Assembly (NCBI GenBank): GCA_902384455.1
Contig: CABMCB010000071.1
Span: 96,001 to 160,000 of the forward strand
Direction of reading: 5' to 3'
Length of the DNA stretch: 64,000 bases
Source of the DNA: an uncultured archaeon
Lineage (GTDB): Archaea > Altiarchaeota > Altiarchaeia > IMC4 > SCGC-AAA252-I15
The first letter of the stretch is position 1; each line of letters opens with the position of its first letter. This document shows positions 18,992-29,578 of this stretch, in pieces. The notes under the pieces were generated by a model. The model was not told the origin of the DNA. It ran no database searches and saw nothing but the letters and a program-made list of their open reading frames with translations. The translations under genes and the position numbers were made by a program.

Positions 18992-20853
18992 AAAACAATA
19001 TGATGAAAGAAAAATTCGGCGTCGAAGGCATGACTTGCAGCGGCTGCGAGCGGATAATAGAAAAGAAGGTGTCTAAGCTGCCGGGCGTTACTAAGGTTTC
19101 CACGGACTTTCGGACCGGGAAAGGCAGCATAACCTACGACAAAAGCGCAGTAAGCCGCGAAGACATAATGGCCGAAATGAAGGATTGCGGGTACGTATGC
19201 TCTTTTGGCGAAGGAAAAAAGACGAGTCCCTACGCAGGCATATCCATCCTTTTGGGTGCGCTCATAGTTTTGGGCGGAGCCTACGTCCTCGCTGCGCCAC
19301 GCATAGAAGGATTAATCCCCTCAGTAGACCAAAACACGTCGCTTATACTCCTATTCATAGTAGGACTGTTCACGGGATTCCACTGCGTAGCAATGTGCGG
19401 CGGATTCGTAGTATCCTACACCACAAAATCCGCGGCAGAAGGCAAGGCCGGATTCAACTTAGGTTCCCACGCAGCATACGCCGTAGGAAAAACACTCTCC
19501 TATACAGTAATAGGGGCTACGTTCGGATTCATAGGAAGCTTCTTCACGTTCACACCCTTCCTAAGGGGAGCGGCAGCAATACTGGCGGGAGCATTCCTCG
19601 TAATATTCGGGCTGTCAATGCTTGACGCATTCAGCCAACTACGAAGGTTCAGACTTAAAACGCCATCCGTCATGCAAAAACTCACATACAAATGGATGGG
19701 AAACAACTCAAACCCACTCATAATAGGACTACTGAACGGCCTAATGATAGCGTGCGGCCCCCTTCAGGCAATGTACCTGTTGGCTGCTGCAAGCGGAAGC
19801 GCCTACTTAGGCGGACTGTACCTTATGGCATTCGGCCTTGGGACGTTGCCTTTGCTTGTCGGATTCGGGGTTGTGACGTCGCTTGTTTCGGCGCAGTTCA
19901 CTCATAAGATACTCAAGTTTTCCGGCGTATTCGTTGTGATTTTAGGGCTCATTATGCTTAACCGCGGGTTGACGCTTACAGGCACAGGATACGATTTGAG
20001 TTCAATAGTGGCCGTCGCCTCCGCTTCAACGGCTATTCCGGAAGCTTCTGCGACCTCGCAGCAGCCGTCTTATCAGGAAATCCGGATGGATGTTACTGCG
20101 GAAGGATGGAGTCCGGACTCGTTCGTTTTGCAGAAAGGCGTCCCAGTAAAGTGGGTTATCAACGTCAAGGAGCTCACCAACTGCAACAAAGCGATACAGG
20201 TGCCTAAACTGGGCTTATACTTCAACCTTAAGCAGGGAGTTCAGACTATCGAGTTCACTCCAAACGAGTCTGGGGTTATACCTTGGAGCTGCTGGATGGG
20301 GATGATTCCCGGCAGGTTCATAGTCAAAGACGACGCGGTAGCGGCGGGCGCAAACCCGATAGCGGCTGAGCCGTTCAAAACGCAAAATCCGCCAGCAGGC
20401 CAAAACCCAGCTAATCCGGCCCCGACTACTACGATAGCGGCGCAGCCGACAGTCCAGGTTTTACCTGCAGACCCATCAAGCCCATCCAATTACCAGGAAA
20501 TCCGCATGGACGTAACGGCCTCAGGATTTTCCCCAAATAAGTTCGTGCTAAAGCGCGGAGTCCCGGTGAAGTGGATAATCAACGGGAAGCAACTCACAGG
20601 CTGCAACAGCGCAATCAAAGTGCCATCTCTAGGTCTGCAGTTCAATGTGAAAGAAGGCCTGCAGACGATAGAGTTCACTCCGAATGACGCGGGCACCATT
20701 CAATGGAGCTGCTGGATGGGTATGCTTCGCGGAGTCTTCGTAGTCCAAGACGACACGTCAAACGTTGCGGCCGCACTAAACACGGTCCAAGTTCCGCAAG
20801 GAGGAAGTTGTGGAGGCGGAGGTGGCGGCTGCGGCTGCGGGATGATGAGGTAA
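18988..20853 (+). CDS. HMA + DsbD_2/TauE-like membrane domain + two cupredoxin-like domains
   Basis: GMTCSGC; GFHCVAMCGG; IACGPLQ; two repeats ending WSCWMGM. Confidence 0.88.
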   Translation: MKNNMMKEKFGVEGMTCSGCERIIEKKVSKLPGVTKVSTDFRTGKGSITYDKSAVSREDIMAEMKDCGYVCSFGEGKKTSPYAGISILLGALIVLGGAYVLAAPRIEGLIPSVDQNTSLILLFIVGLFTGFHCVAMCGGFVVSYTTKSAAEGKAGFNLGSHAAYAVGKTLSYTVIGATFGFIGSFFTFTPFLRGAAAILAGAFLVIFGLSMLDAFSQLRRFRLKTPSVMQKLTYKWMGNNSNPLIIGLLNGLMIACGPLQAMYLLAAASGSAYLGGLYLMAFGLGTLPLLVGFGVVTSLVSAQFTHKILKFSGVFVVILGLIMLNRGLTLTGTGYDLSSIVAVASASTAIPEASATSQQPSYQEIRMDVTAEGWSPDSFVLQKGVPVKWVINVKELTNCNKAIQVPKLGLYFNLKQGVQTIEFTPNESGVIPWSCWMGMIPGRFIVKDDAVAAGANPIAAEPFKTQNPPAGQNPANPAPTTTIAAQPTVQVLPADPSSPSNYQEIRMDVTASGFSPNKFVLKRGVPVKWIINGKQLTGCNSAIKVPSLGLQFNVKEGLQTIEFTPNDAGTIQWSCWMGMLRGVFVVQDDTSNVAAALNTVQVPQGGSCGGGGGGCGCGMMR

Positions 20854-20873
20854 AAGGGAGGAGAGTGAAAAAA

Positions 20874-21356
20874 ATGTCAAATAAACAGATAGCGGCGGTT
20901 GCGTTCATACTGGTTGTGGCGGCAGCGTGGATGTTCGTCAAGCCCGGTCAAGCAAACGCAATTTCGGCAGCAAACAGTCAAGCACAGGGAACTACCCCCT
21001 CAGTTACGTCCGACTCAAACACGGTGAAAATACCGTTGTCCGAAGTATCTGCTTCAATGAGGAAATACACGGAAAACTTAGATGGGGCCTCAGTTAGGTA
21101 CATAGTGGTCTTAGGCTCCGACGGGCAGCCAAGAACGGCATTTGATGCATGCGAAGTTTGCGGCGGCGCAAAAGGATACCGGCAGGAAGGGAGTGAACTG
21201 GTGTGCAACAATTGCGGCAAGGCGTTTAGAGTTGACGACCTTGGCGCTAAGAATACGGCTGGAGGGTGCTGGCCGGTTAATCTGCCCCACAAAGTGGAAG
21301 GCGGCTACGTAGTAATAGCTAAGTCGGACCTGTCTGCAGGCAAAAGGTACTTTTAG
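20874..21356 (+). CDS. DUF2318 (FtrD-like) Fe-S/metal-binding exported protein
   Basis: AFDACEVC...GYRQEG...CNNCG...GGCWP; start moved to ATG 20874 after GGAGG. Confidence 0.85.
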   Translation: MSNKQIAAVAFILVVAAAWMFVKPGQANAISAANSQAQGTTPSVTSDSNTVKIPLSEVSASMRKYTENLDGASVRYIVVLGSDGQPRTAFDACEVCGGAKGYRQEGSELVCNNCGKAFRVDDLGAKNTAGGCWPVNLPHKVEGGYVVIAKSDLSAGKRYF

Positions 21357-21392
21357 TCCTCCAAAACGCTTTAGCAAGCAAATACAGCCAAG

Positions 21393-23573
21393 ATGAAGAC
21401 TAACTTGCGTATCTCCGGGATGCACTGCGCCAACTGCTCCACGCTCATAACCCGCACTTTAAAGAAGACGCCCGGAGTGACGGACGCAAACGTGAACCTT
21501 TCGACTGAAAAGGCGGCTGTTGATTACGATGAAACTAAGGTGTCTGTGCAGGAAATTATTTCCGCCGTAAAAAACAAGGGTTATGGGGCGCAGGTTTCGA
21601 CTGAAGCGGACAAGACGACTGAGGAACTGGAGAAGAAGGAGGAACTGGCAAGAACCAGTAAGTTGCTTTTTTTCAGCGTGATGCTGGCCGTTCCCGCCGC
21701 ACTCTTAGGGATGGTCTTTATGGAGCGCGTCCCCTACGCAATTTACTTCCTGTTTCTTCTTGCGACGCCAGTGCAGTTCATAGCGGGAGCCCGTTTCTAT
21801 AAAGGTGCGTGGTCCGCCCTGAAAAACAAGACGAGCAACATGGACACTCTGGTTGCGTTGGGGACGTCGGCGGCGTACTTCTACAGCGTAGTTGTGATGC
21901 TCACGAACCCGATGGGGAACCAGTACTTCGAGACCGCAGCAGTACTCATAACATTCGTGCTTCTTGGAAAGTACCTTGAGGCGAAGGCTAAGGGGAAAAC
22001 GAGCGAAGCAATAAAGAAGCTCATGGACATGAGCTCTAAGACGGCGACAGTAATCCGCGACGGCAAAGAACTGATTCTTCCCGTAGAGCAGGTCGTAGTC
22101 GGAGACATAATACTCGTTAAACCCGGAGAGAAAATCCCGGTGGACGGCACAATCATATCCGGCGCAAGCAGCATAGACGAATCGATGATAACCGGAGAAA
22201 GCGTTCCAGTCGAAAAAACAGCAGGAAACGCGGTAATCGGCTCAACGATAAACAAGCACGGAAGCTTCAAATTCAAGGCCACGAAAGTCGGCGCGGACAC
22301 GACGCTCGCTCACATAATAAAGCTGGTGGAAGACGCGCAAGGTTCGCGCGCCCCGATACAGCGGTTCGCAGACTCGGTCAGCAGCATCTTCGTCCCCGCA
22401 GTAATAACAATAGCAATACTCTCGTTCGCATTCTGGTACATACTCGCAGGAAAAACACTCGCATTCGCCCTCATAATAGCAGTATCCGTCCTTGTGATAT
22501 CCTGTCCCTGTGCGCTAGGCTTGGCTACACCCACCGCCATAATGGTGGGCATAGGCAAAGGCGCTGAGCTCGGCATACTAATCAAAAGCGGAGAAGCCCT
22601 TGAAACAGCCCAAAAAATAAACGCCGTCATATTCGACAAAACAGGCACCATCACAAAAGGAACGCCCTCAGTCACAGACGTAATACCTCTACCCGGATTC
22701 ACCGAAGAAGAAGCAATCACCTACGCAGCAAGCGTTGAGAAAAACTCAGAGCACCCGCTTGCCGAAGCAATACTCAAACACGCCAAAGAAAAAGACGTGA
22801 CGCCAACAGAAGTCACACACTTCACAGCAATACCCGGCCACGGAATAACTGCAACAGCCCACGGAAAAAAGATTATCTTCGGCAACAGAAAGCTAGCGGC
22901 AGAACAAAAAATAGACACAACCCCCTTCGAAGACCGGCTCACTGCGCTCGAAGACGAAGGGAAAACCGTTGTGATACTCGCAGTAGGCGGCACGCCTGCG
23001 GCATTGATTGCAATAGCCGACACAATCAAAGAAACGTCTCCTCCTGCAGTCGAAGAGCTGAAGAGAATCGGCGTCGAAGTCTACATGATAACAGGAGACA
23101 ACAAAAGGACCGCGAAAGCAGTAGCAAAGAAAGCCCACATCGACAACGTCTTCTCCGAAGTCCTGCCGGAAGACAAAGCCCGCCACGTCAAAGAACTGCA
23201 GGAAAAAGGCAAAAAAGTCGCAATGGTAGGCGACGGAATAAACGACGCACCCGCGCTCGCACAAGCAGACGTAGGAATAGTCATGGCCTCAGGCACCGAC
23301 GTGGCGATGGAGGCCGGAGGAATAGTATTGATGAAAAACAATCCGGCTGACGTAGTAAAGGCGATTCGTTTAAGCAGGACCACTATGAGCAAAATAAGGC
23401 AAAACATGTTTTGGGCGCTCGTATACAACACGCTTGGGATACCTGTGGCTGCGGGAATATTCTATCCGTTCACCGGGTGGCTTCTTTCTCCAATAATAGC
23501 CGGAGGCGCGATGGCGTTAAGTTCGGTGTCCGTCGTAAGCAACTCGCTGCTGTTGAAGTACAAGAAAATTTAA
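21393..23573 (+). CDS. copA: Copper-exporting P1B-type ATPase
   Basis: [36 protein letters not shown]...MALSS. Confidence 0.95.
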   Translation: MKTNLRISGMHCANCSTLITRTLKKTPGVTDANVNLSTEKAAVDYDETKVSVQEIISAVKNKGYGAQVSTEADKTTEELEKKEELARTSKLLFFSVMLAVPAALLGMVFMERVPYAIYFLFLLATPVQFIAGARFYKGAWSALKNKTSNMDTLVALGTSAAYFYSVVVMLTNPMGNQYFETAAVLITFVLLGKYLEAKAKGKTSEAIKKLMDMSSKTATVIRDGKELILPVEQVVVGDIILVKPGEKIPVDGTIISGASSIDESMITGESVPVEKTAGNAVIGSTINKHGSFKFKATKVGADTTLAHIIKLVEDAQGSRAPIQRFADSVSSIFVPAVITIAILSFAFWYILAGKTLAFALIIAVSVLVISCPCALGLATPTAIMVGIGKGAELGILIKSGEALETAQKINAVIFDKTGTITKGTPSVTDVIPLPGFTEEEAITYAASVEKNSEHPLAEAILKHAKEKDVTPTEVTHFTAIPGHGITATAHGKKIIFGNRKLAAEQKIDTTPFEDRLTALEDEGKTVVILAVGGTPAALIAIADTIKETSPPAVEELKRIGVEVYMITGDNKRTAKAVAKKAHIDNVFSEVLPEDKARHVKELQEKGKKVAMVGDGINDAPALAQADVGIVMASGTDVAMEAGGIVLMKNNPADVVKAIRLSRTTMSKIRQNMFWALVYNTLGIPVAAGIFYPFTGWLLSPIIAGGAMALSSVSVVSNSLLLKYKKI

Positions 23574-23632
23574 TCCGAGTGGTACGGTCTCACTCCACAA
23601 GTACATAAAGACATAAAATCCCTAAAGGGGGT

Positions 23633-24262
23633 ATGTCTGTGAAAAAGTTAGATTCATCATCCCTCCACCTGATTCATTCTGCGGTTGGTTTAGCGCTGGT
23701 TCTAATTGCGATAACTGCGATGGTTTTGGGGTCTCTTGTTTACTATGTGGTGGAAAACAGCAGTCCGAAAGATGAAACTCCGGCAACAACTCAGGTATCT
23801 CAATTGTCAACAACCACTTCAAATTCTTCCGCAGAAACATCTACCCTACAGACTTCAACAACGTCAACCACCACAACATCCACGACCTCGATCTCTACGA
23901 CATCAACAACATCAACCTCCACAACCACAACAACCACATCCACAACCACCACAACGTCGACCCAAGTATTTTCAATCCCGACAATACCCACGTACTCACC
24001 CCAGATTCCCAAGAACCTTACCGGCAAAGGATACCACAAAATAGTGCTCAAAATAGTGATGCCGGCTCAAATAGACGAACCACGACAAAAAGAACTACTA
24101 TACAAATACTACCCCGACAAAGGCATCCTCTGGTTGGACATAAGAAGGACGGCCGATAGCGACACTATAGTCTACGACCCCAAACTGCTTTCTCAGGAAG
24201 ACGTCCTCAGGTTAACGTCATTGCAAAGCGACTCAACATTGATAGAAGACAAGGAAATATAG
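23633..24262 (+). CDS. Membrane-anchored Thr-rich stalk protein with small C-terminal domain
   Basis: TM, long S/T tract, ~70-aa globular tail. Confidence 0.7.
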   Translation: MSVKKLDSSSLHLIHSAVGLALVLIAITAMVLGSLVYYVVENSSPKDETPATTQVSQLSTTTSNSSAETSTLQTSTTSTTTTSTTSISTTSTTSTSTTTTTTSTTTTTSTQVFSIPTIPTYSPQIPKNLTGKGYHKIVLKIVMPAQIDEPRQKELLYKYYPDKGILWLDIRRTADSDTIVYDPKLLSQEDVLRLTSLQSDSTLIEDKEI

Positions 24263-24273
24263 CGCGAATTCTT

Positions 24274-25332
24274 TTATTCTGGTTCTCCCGTGTCCTGCTC
24301 TATACGTTGGGCAGGCGTCTTTTTTGTGTAGTCGTCTGTTGTGAATTCTTTTTTGGACGTTGCGAGCGTGTGGTATTTTTCGAAGTCTATCCCTGTGTGC
24401 CAGCCGTCTTTTTTCTTGAATTTCTTTTTGGCAAGGAGCACTGCGCGCGACGGCGGGTGGTCTGATGCGATTTCATAGTCCGGCAAGTGCTTAAGTAGTT
24501 CCTGAGAGAACGCGAGCGCTTCCTCGTGAGTCGGCATGTTGGCTAAATTAAGCCTCTGCCGGGATGCGCCAACAAACATGTATCCTTTCGCTTCCACAAA
24601 GTCGGGGTCTGCTTTCTTGATTAGATTGGCGTATTCTTCGGCTTCCGTCATGTTCATGTCTTTGACTAATGTGAGTCGGATGCATGTTCTTTGTTTTTTA
24701 TTGGAAAGCTCTTCAAGGCTCATGTTAAGGCGTTCCCAGTAGTCCGGGAAAAGGGGCACATCCACTTTCTTCAAAAGTTCTTTTGTCGGCGCGTCCACTG
24801 AAAGATACAGTTGCGTCACAGGGGCAAGGTCGCGTATCTGCTTGGGGTACTGCGCGTTTGTGACAAGGAAAGTTGAGATGCCGCGCTCATCAAGAACATT
24901 AATCAGCTCGTTTATGCGCGGGTAAATTATGGGTTCTCCCGTAAGCGACAAAGCCGCGTGCTTGACGGTCTTAGACGCATCATACGCTGCGCGGTCAACC
25001 TTAGAGTTCCCCTTAAACCCCACAAGAAGGTCGTGGTGCGCAGCCAAACATCCGTCAACAATCGCCTCAGGCTCATCCACGCTCCACCCCCACTCCTTAG
25101 CGACAGGCGCCTTATACCCCCGCCAGCAGAAAACGCAGCGGTTAGCGCAGCTTAAACTCGGCGACATCTGAAGACAATTGCTGCTTACGACCCCGTAAAA
25201 CCTCATCTTATAGCAGCAGCCTTCCCCCCTAAGCATCTTCTTAGCCCAACCGCAGACTTTAACTGCGCTATGGCCACCAACTACCCTGTACTGCTGCTTC
25301 TCAAGCTCCCTACGGGCATCCTCATTCAACAT
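24274..25332 (-). CDS. taw1: 4-demethylwyosine synthase (radical SAM, TYW1/Taw1)
   Basis: HSAVKVCGW, CYKMRFYG, CANRCVFCWR, ALSLTGEP, EAKGYMFVGASR. Confidence 0.93.
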   Translation of the reverse strand: MLNEDARRELEKQQYRVVGGHSAVKVCGWAKKMLRGEGCCYKMRFYGVVSSNCLQMSPSLSCANRCVFCWRGYKAPVAKEWGWSVDEPEAIVDGCLAAHHDLLVGFKGNSKVDRAAYDASKTVKHAALSLTGEPIIYPRINELINVLDERGISTFLVTNAQYPKQIRDLAPVTQLYLSVDAPTKELLKKVDVPLFPDYWERLNMSLEELSNKKQRTCIRLTLVKDMNMTEAEEYANLIKKADPDFVEAKGYMFVGASRQRLNLANMPTHEEALAFSQELLKHLPDYEIASDHPPSRAVLLAKKKFKKKDGWHTGIDFEKYHTLATSKKEFTTDDYTKKTPAQRIEQDTGEPE

Positions 25333-25380
25333 GATGTACGGCAGATTCTAGCAAGCCCCAAAATAAAAGCAGACTATAGA

Positions 25381-25938
25381 CTATTGGTTCAGCTTAACCG
25401 TCTTGTCGCAGAACATCGCAACCTCCTTCTTCACTTCCCTGTCTGACTCGGCATTATAAGATAGGAGGCCGCAGCTTACTTGGCTTACTCTCAGTTTGGT
25501 GATTGTGGAGTGTATGAAGCGGGTGTAAACCGCGGGGTCGTTGTATATGAGCATTGAGCTTAAGGAGTCTATGAGGAGGAATTTTTTGTTTGGAAGAGTC
25601 CGGGCTGCTTCGCTTACGGCAATAGAGATGCTTGTGAGGTCTGATACGTCGTCCATGAACGCGACGTTCGCCGAGTCTTCAGTCTTAATCGTATGTTTGG
25701 AGAGGCAGTCTATGAAAAATATTTTACTGACATCAACCTTCTTCTCATTGTACACCCGCAATAGGTTAGTGTACGGTCTTCCCGCTGAAACCAGGATTAT
25801 GCTGTATCCTTCGCCAGCAAGAAACCTGACGACTTCAACGTTCACTTCCGTCGCGTCCTCGCCGTTTGCTTCAATCAGAACTATTGAGCCCTCCGGCAGA
25901 TTGTGCAGTCCAGTCCGGATTACTCGCGGGTTAATCAT
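25381..25938 (-). CDS. Inactive KaiC/RecA-like ATPase-fold protein (DUF835/DUF7504-like)
   Basis: FFIDCLS, SDLTSISIAV, LLIDSLSSMLIYN; no Walker A. Confidence 0.7.
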   Translation of the reverse strand: MINPRVIRTGLHNLPEGSIVLIEANGEDATEVNVEVVRFLAGEGYSIILVSAGRPYTNLLRVYNEKKVDVSKIFFIDCLSKHTIKTEDSANVAFMDDVSDLTSISIAVSEAARTLPNKKFLLIDSLSSMLIYNDPAVYTRFIHSTITKLRVSQVSCGLLSYNAESDREVKKEVAMFCDKTVKLNQ

Positions 25939-26429
25939 TTTCTTCGCTTAACTGCGTGCGGTTTCCTGCAGGGAACACTCCTTTTCGCCTTCTTCACAAT
26001 AGGCTTCACGCCGAAAACGCAGTCGTAGATTTCCGGCTTATACGGCTTAATCAAAACAACCCTCGCCTTAAGCCCCGCTTTCTCAAGCTCCATCTGAAGA
26101 AGCTTTCCGTCAACAGGGTGATAACAAGTCAAAGCAATAACGTCCGGATTAACTTCCGCAATCCTCTGAAGAGACTTTTTAGTGCTCCCCAAAACCACCC
26201 GGTCCGCGATGCCCAACCCCTCAACAAGAGCCCTCCTCTCCGCCTCCGGCAGATTGTACTTGCGCGGCAACTTCCAACGCGCCCTATCGCGGCCAATAGA
26301 AACAACAAGGAAGCCTCCAAGTTTCTTCGCCGCCTTAAGGTAATACAGGTGTCCAGTGTGGACGCCGTCGAATGCGCCGAAAGCCATAACTACCTTTTTC
26401 TTTGGAGCAGAAGCAGTTTTCTTCATCAT
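25935..26429 (-). CDS. ribL: FAD synthase / cytidylyltransferase-like nucleotidyltransferase
   Basis: GAFDGVHTGHLYYL, ERRALVEGL, PDVIAL. Confidence 0.75.
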   Translation of the reverse strand: MMKKTASAPKKKVVMAFGAFDGVHTGHLYYLKAAKKLGGFLVVSIGRDRARWKLPRKYNLPEAERRALVEGLGIADRVVLGSTKKSLQRIAEVNPDVIALTCYHPVDGKLLQMELEKAGLKARVVLIKPYKPEIYDCVFGVKPIVKKAKRSVPCRKPHAVKRRK

Positions 26430-26462
26430 TCAATTAATCTATACTGCCAACTAAAAAAGGGG

Positions 26463-27221
26463 TTAAACCTTAAGCCGTCTTCTGCTTCCGATGAGGTACC
26501 CTACGCATGCGCCTGCGACGAGAGTAAGTATGATTATCGCGGCAACATCAACATAAGGAATAGATGGTATGTGGCCTGCAACGCCGGTCTGGGCTACATG
26601 CTGGTAAGTATCGCTTACGTTCTGCACGGCTAAGGTGGCGGCTTCTTTTACCTTTTCAGAGGCATTCTCAACGGCAGGCGCAACAGCCCTCAACATGGGC
26701 GCAGGCGCTCCCGCCAAAGTGTCGCTCGCATTCAAAGAACCGGCGACTACTTCGTATGCGACTTCACTTGCGTTCCCTACTGCCGTCGTCATAACGCGAG
26801 GCGCCTCATCAGCAATCGTATTAACCCCAACTCCCCCCCACCCCGGAGGCTGAATATCACTGAATGATTGCATGGCTAGGCCTTGGATTCTCCCTATCAG
26901 CCTGAACGTCCAAAGCAGCCCCATGAACGCTGAAATGCCCAAAAGCACCCATACGGCAGTCTCCCTTGGGTGTACGACGCTTTTGCCTTTGCGGGTAAGC
27001 CGGTAATACTTCCATTTAGCCTCCGACGGCTCCTGCTCAATCAACCCTGCGGCAAGAAGCTTATCCAAATGCTCCTTAACGGTGGACGGCGACATGCTCA
27101 AATCGGAAGTCAAGTCTGTGAGAGTCGCCTTGTGGTCGTCAAGGCGCTTTAGAATCTCGACTCGGGTATCAACAGCCAAAGCCTTGAAAGTATCGCGGTC
27201 AAGCGTGATCTTATCGTCCAT
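26463..27221 (-). CDS. ArsR-type wHTH regulator with two TM segments
   Basis: LDRDTFKALAVDTRVEIL...SPSTVKEHLDKL...KWKYYRLT followed by TM-loop-TM. Confidence 0.85.
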   Translation of the reverse strand: MDDKITLDRDTFKALAVDTRVEILKRLDDHKATLTDLTSDLSMSPSTVKEHLDKLLAAGLIEQEPSEAKWKYYRLTRKGKSVVHPRETAVWVLLGISAFMGLLWTFRLIGRIQGLAMQSFSDIQPPGWGGVGVNTIADEAPRVMTTAVGNASEVAYEVVAGSLNASDTLAGAPAPMLRAVAPAVENASEKVKEAATLAVQNVSDTYQHVAQTGVAGHIPSIPYVDVAAIIILTLVAGACVGYLIGSRRRLKV

Positions 27222-27291
27222 CCTACCTTACAAAATATGCGTCATAAGCCCTTTAAGAACGCGTTTTTACTTCGGCGCAGGCCGAAACACG

Positions 27292-27693
27292 TTATTTCAT
27301 CGCGACCTGCAGTTTTCTTCCGTCGCTTGCGTAAGCCGCCACATCCAGGATGCTCTGGTAGGGGTAACCAAGTATCAGGTGGATTCCCCCCATCTTCCCG
27401 AAGTAAACCAAGTCCATGTCACTGAACCTGTTGTCGCGGCTAGGGTGGCTGTGGACGCTGCCCACGACTCCCGCGTTCAAAGGCACCATCCAGTCTGGGG
27501 CGGACGAAAAACCGTCTCCGAAAGTGGATGCGGGAATAATTAGGACTTCAGTGATGAGGTTTCCTTCCCCCCTAAGCATCGCCATGAACTCGTCAGGGTA
27601 AACCTCCCTCGCCGCCCCCAACATAAGCTCAAGAGCCTCCCTGCGGATTAACACCGGTCCCCCGCCACTTCCAAAATCCTCCTTTTTCACCAT
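27292..27693 (-). CDS. JAMM/MPN+ metalloprotease
   Basis: YPDEF...GSVHSHPSRDNRFSDMD JAMM motif. Confidence 0.9.
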   Translation of the reverse strand: MVKKEDFGSGGGPVLIRREALELMLGAAREVYPDEFMAMLRGEGNLITEVLIIPASTFGDGFSSAPDWMVPLNAGVVGSVHSHPSRDNRFSDMDLVYFGKMGGIHLILGYPYQSILDVAAYASDGRKLQVAMK

Positions 27694-27753
27694 ATCTACG
27701 CCGCTATGCTACTATTTAACGCCCACTGATAAAGTACATACCGAGGTTTAACT

Positions 27754-28179
27754 ATGTCTAAAGCCCCAATTGGCAAACGGATAATCGCATACATAATCGA
27801 CTCAATAGTAATGATGATACTGGGATTCGGCCTTATGGCAGTCGCGTTCGTAATAAACATGACTCTGCTTGTGGCCACAGACAGCACATTACTTCAGCTT
27901 CTTAGCATGCTCCTGTACTTCCTTGCCGTCATCCCCATGATACTGTTCATGTTCCTGCGCGACGGACTGTTCGGCGGAACGGGCGTGGGCAAGAAACTTA
28001 TGGGGCTTAAAGTAGTGTCAGACGGCGGCAAACCCGCAGGATTCAAAGAAAGCATCCTGCGTAACATCACATGGTGCATCCCAATACTCAACTGGGCCGA
28101 ACTAATACTTCCTTTCGTAGACAAAGACGGGAAGCGAATCGGAGACAAGATAGCCAAAACTCAGGTAACCGAAAAATAG
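27754..28179 (+). CDS. RDD family membrane protein
   Basis: KRIIAYIID, GKKLMGLKVV, LRN, RIGDKIAKTQV. Confidence 0.9.
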   Translation: MSKAPIGKRIIAYIIDSIVMMILGFGLMAVAFVINMTLLVATDSTLLQLLSMLLYFLAVIPMILFMFLRDGLFGGTGVGKKLMGLKVVSDGGKPAGFKESILRNITWCIPILNWAELILPFVDKDGKRIGDKIAKTQVTEK

Positions 28180-28188
28180 GTTAAAACA

Positions 28189-28605
28189 ATGAAAGCATCC
28201 TTCGTAAAAAGGATAATCGCCTACTTCATCGACGGCGCAGTAGAAGGGGCATTAATCATAGTGCCCCTTATACTTACGATGTACGTCGCCATCAACATGA
28301 TGGACAGCGGAATAACCGGCATAGTCCTCTTCCTCGTGCTTCTAGCCGCCACAATAATACTCGGCTTAGCGTACCTGCTTTTGAAAGACAGCCTCTTTAA
28401 CGGATCAAGCCCAGGCAAAAAACTAGTAGGCCTCAAAGTAGTCAAAGGCGACGCGACGACAATCGGCAGGAAAGAAAGCGTGCTTCGCAACATCACATGG
28501 CTCATCCCAATACTCAACTGGGCCGAACTAATCCTCCCGCTAATAGACAAAAACGGCAGACGCATAGGAGACAAAATAGCCAAAACACAGGTCATAGAGA
28601 AATAA
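28189..28605 (+). CDS. RDD family membrane protein (tandem paralog)
   Basis: KRIIAYFID, SPGKKLVGLKVV, RIGDKIAKTQV. Confidence 0.9.
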   Translation: MKASFVKRIIAYFIDGAVEGALIIVPLILTMYVAINMMDSGITGIVLFLVLLAATIILGLAYLLLKDSLFNGSSPGKKLVGLKVVKGDATTIGRKESVLRNITWLIPILNWAELILPLIDKNGRRIGDKIAKTQVIEK

Positions 28606-28648
28606 GGGGTGGCGGAATTCTCACGCGCAAAAGACCCCACGCCTTAGA

Positions 28649-29089
28649 ATGAAACTCAACCACATAACCCTCATCGTATCAAACATAGAAGAAAGCAAAC
28701 GATTCTACACCGAATCACTCGGATTAACCACCGGATTCGAAGAGGAAATAGGCGGCCCCGAATTCTCCAAAGTCACAGCCCGCAAAGACGTCCTGCTTCG
28801 TTTCGCAGTACTAAAAATACCGCAAACAGACGTCATACTGGAACTCGCCGAACTCAAGCGCCCCAAAGAAAAAAACAGCGCAGACTTCGGCCACATAGCG
28901 TTTGAAGTGGACGACGTAGACGAAACTTTCCGCCAGCTCAAAAAGAAAAAAGTCGCCACCCTATCCGAACCAGTCACAATAACCCGAAGCCACCCTAAAA
29001 TAAACGGAAAAAGATTCTTCTACGCGAAAGACCCCGACGGAAACCTAATCGAAATACTAAACCACAGAGAAAAAACATACTCCGACTAA
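28649..29089 (+). CDS. VOC/glyoxalase family protein
   Basis: LNHITLIVSN, HIAFEVDDVD, KDPDGNLIE. Confidence 0.9.
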   Translation: MKLNHITLIVSNIEESKRFYTESLGLTTGFEEEIGGPEFSKVTARKDVLLRFAVLKIPQTDVILELAELKRPKEKNSADFGHIAFEVDDVDETFRQLKKKKVATLSEPVTITRSHPKINGKRFFYAKDPDGNLIEILNHREKTYSD

Positions 29090-29568
29090 ACCACTTCCTC
29101 AAGAGAATCCACGTAAAACTCAGTATCAACCGAACCGCAAGCACTCTGAGGCGCCACCGGCATTTTCGCCTGAACCTCGCACGGTTGATAAACTTCTGTT
29201 GCAACACCCTTAAACCTCACAGTCGCATTACGCCCCACAAGCTCGTCAACCTTAAACAAAACCCTCTGCTCAAACGACACTATCCCAGAACGCCCACAAA
29301 GCGAAACAGGAAAACCCTTAACATCAGACTGAGTAATGCGGCCGGTGCACTCAAAACTCTCATTCCTAACGCAAACACTGCAGTCAAAACTCTCATTACC
29401 CCCGTCGCAAGACAACTTCTGGACAACAAAACCCTCCCTGCATAAACCGCTTGATGAACTCATGTTCGGCTTAACCGGAACAACAGAGTCGCCGCTCAAA
29501 ACAAGCAATAACGCCAAAATAACCACGAATCCGACAACGCCCGGAATAAGCAATCTCATATCCGTCAC
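29086..29568 (-). CDS. Membrane-anchored Cys-containing hypothetical protein
   Basis: N-terminal TM, several Cys, downstream of the V4R gene. Confidence 0.6.
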   Translation of the reverse strand: MTDMRLLIPGVVGFVVILALLLVLSGDSVVPVKPNMSSSSGLCREGFVVQKLSCDGGNESFDCSVCVRNESFECTGRITQSDVKGFPVSLCGRSGIVSFEQRVLFKVDELVGRNATVRFKGVATEVYQPCEVQAKMPVAPQSACGSVDTEFYVDSLEEVV

Positions 29569-29578
29569 CTATAAAACT

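Noticed and set aside
20060-20730. Internal DNA repeat as a possible DGR template/variable pair
   Set aside because: Both copies are in-frame cupredoxin domains, differences are not adenine-specific, and there is no reverse transcriptase in the window
23800-23960. ACN-rich tandem-like repeats (also 44700-44860)
   Set aside because: They encode Thr-rich linkers; no constant repeat-spacer pattern, so not CRISPR
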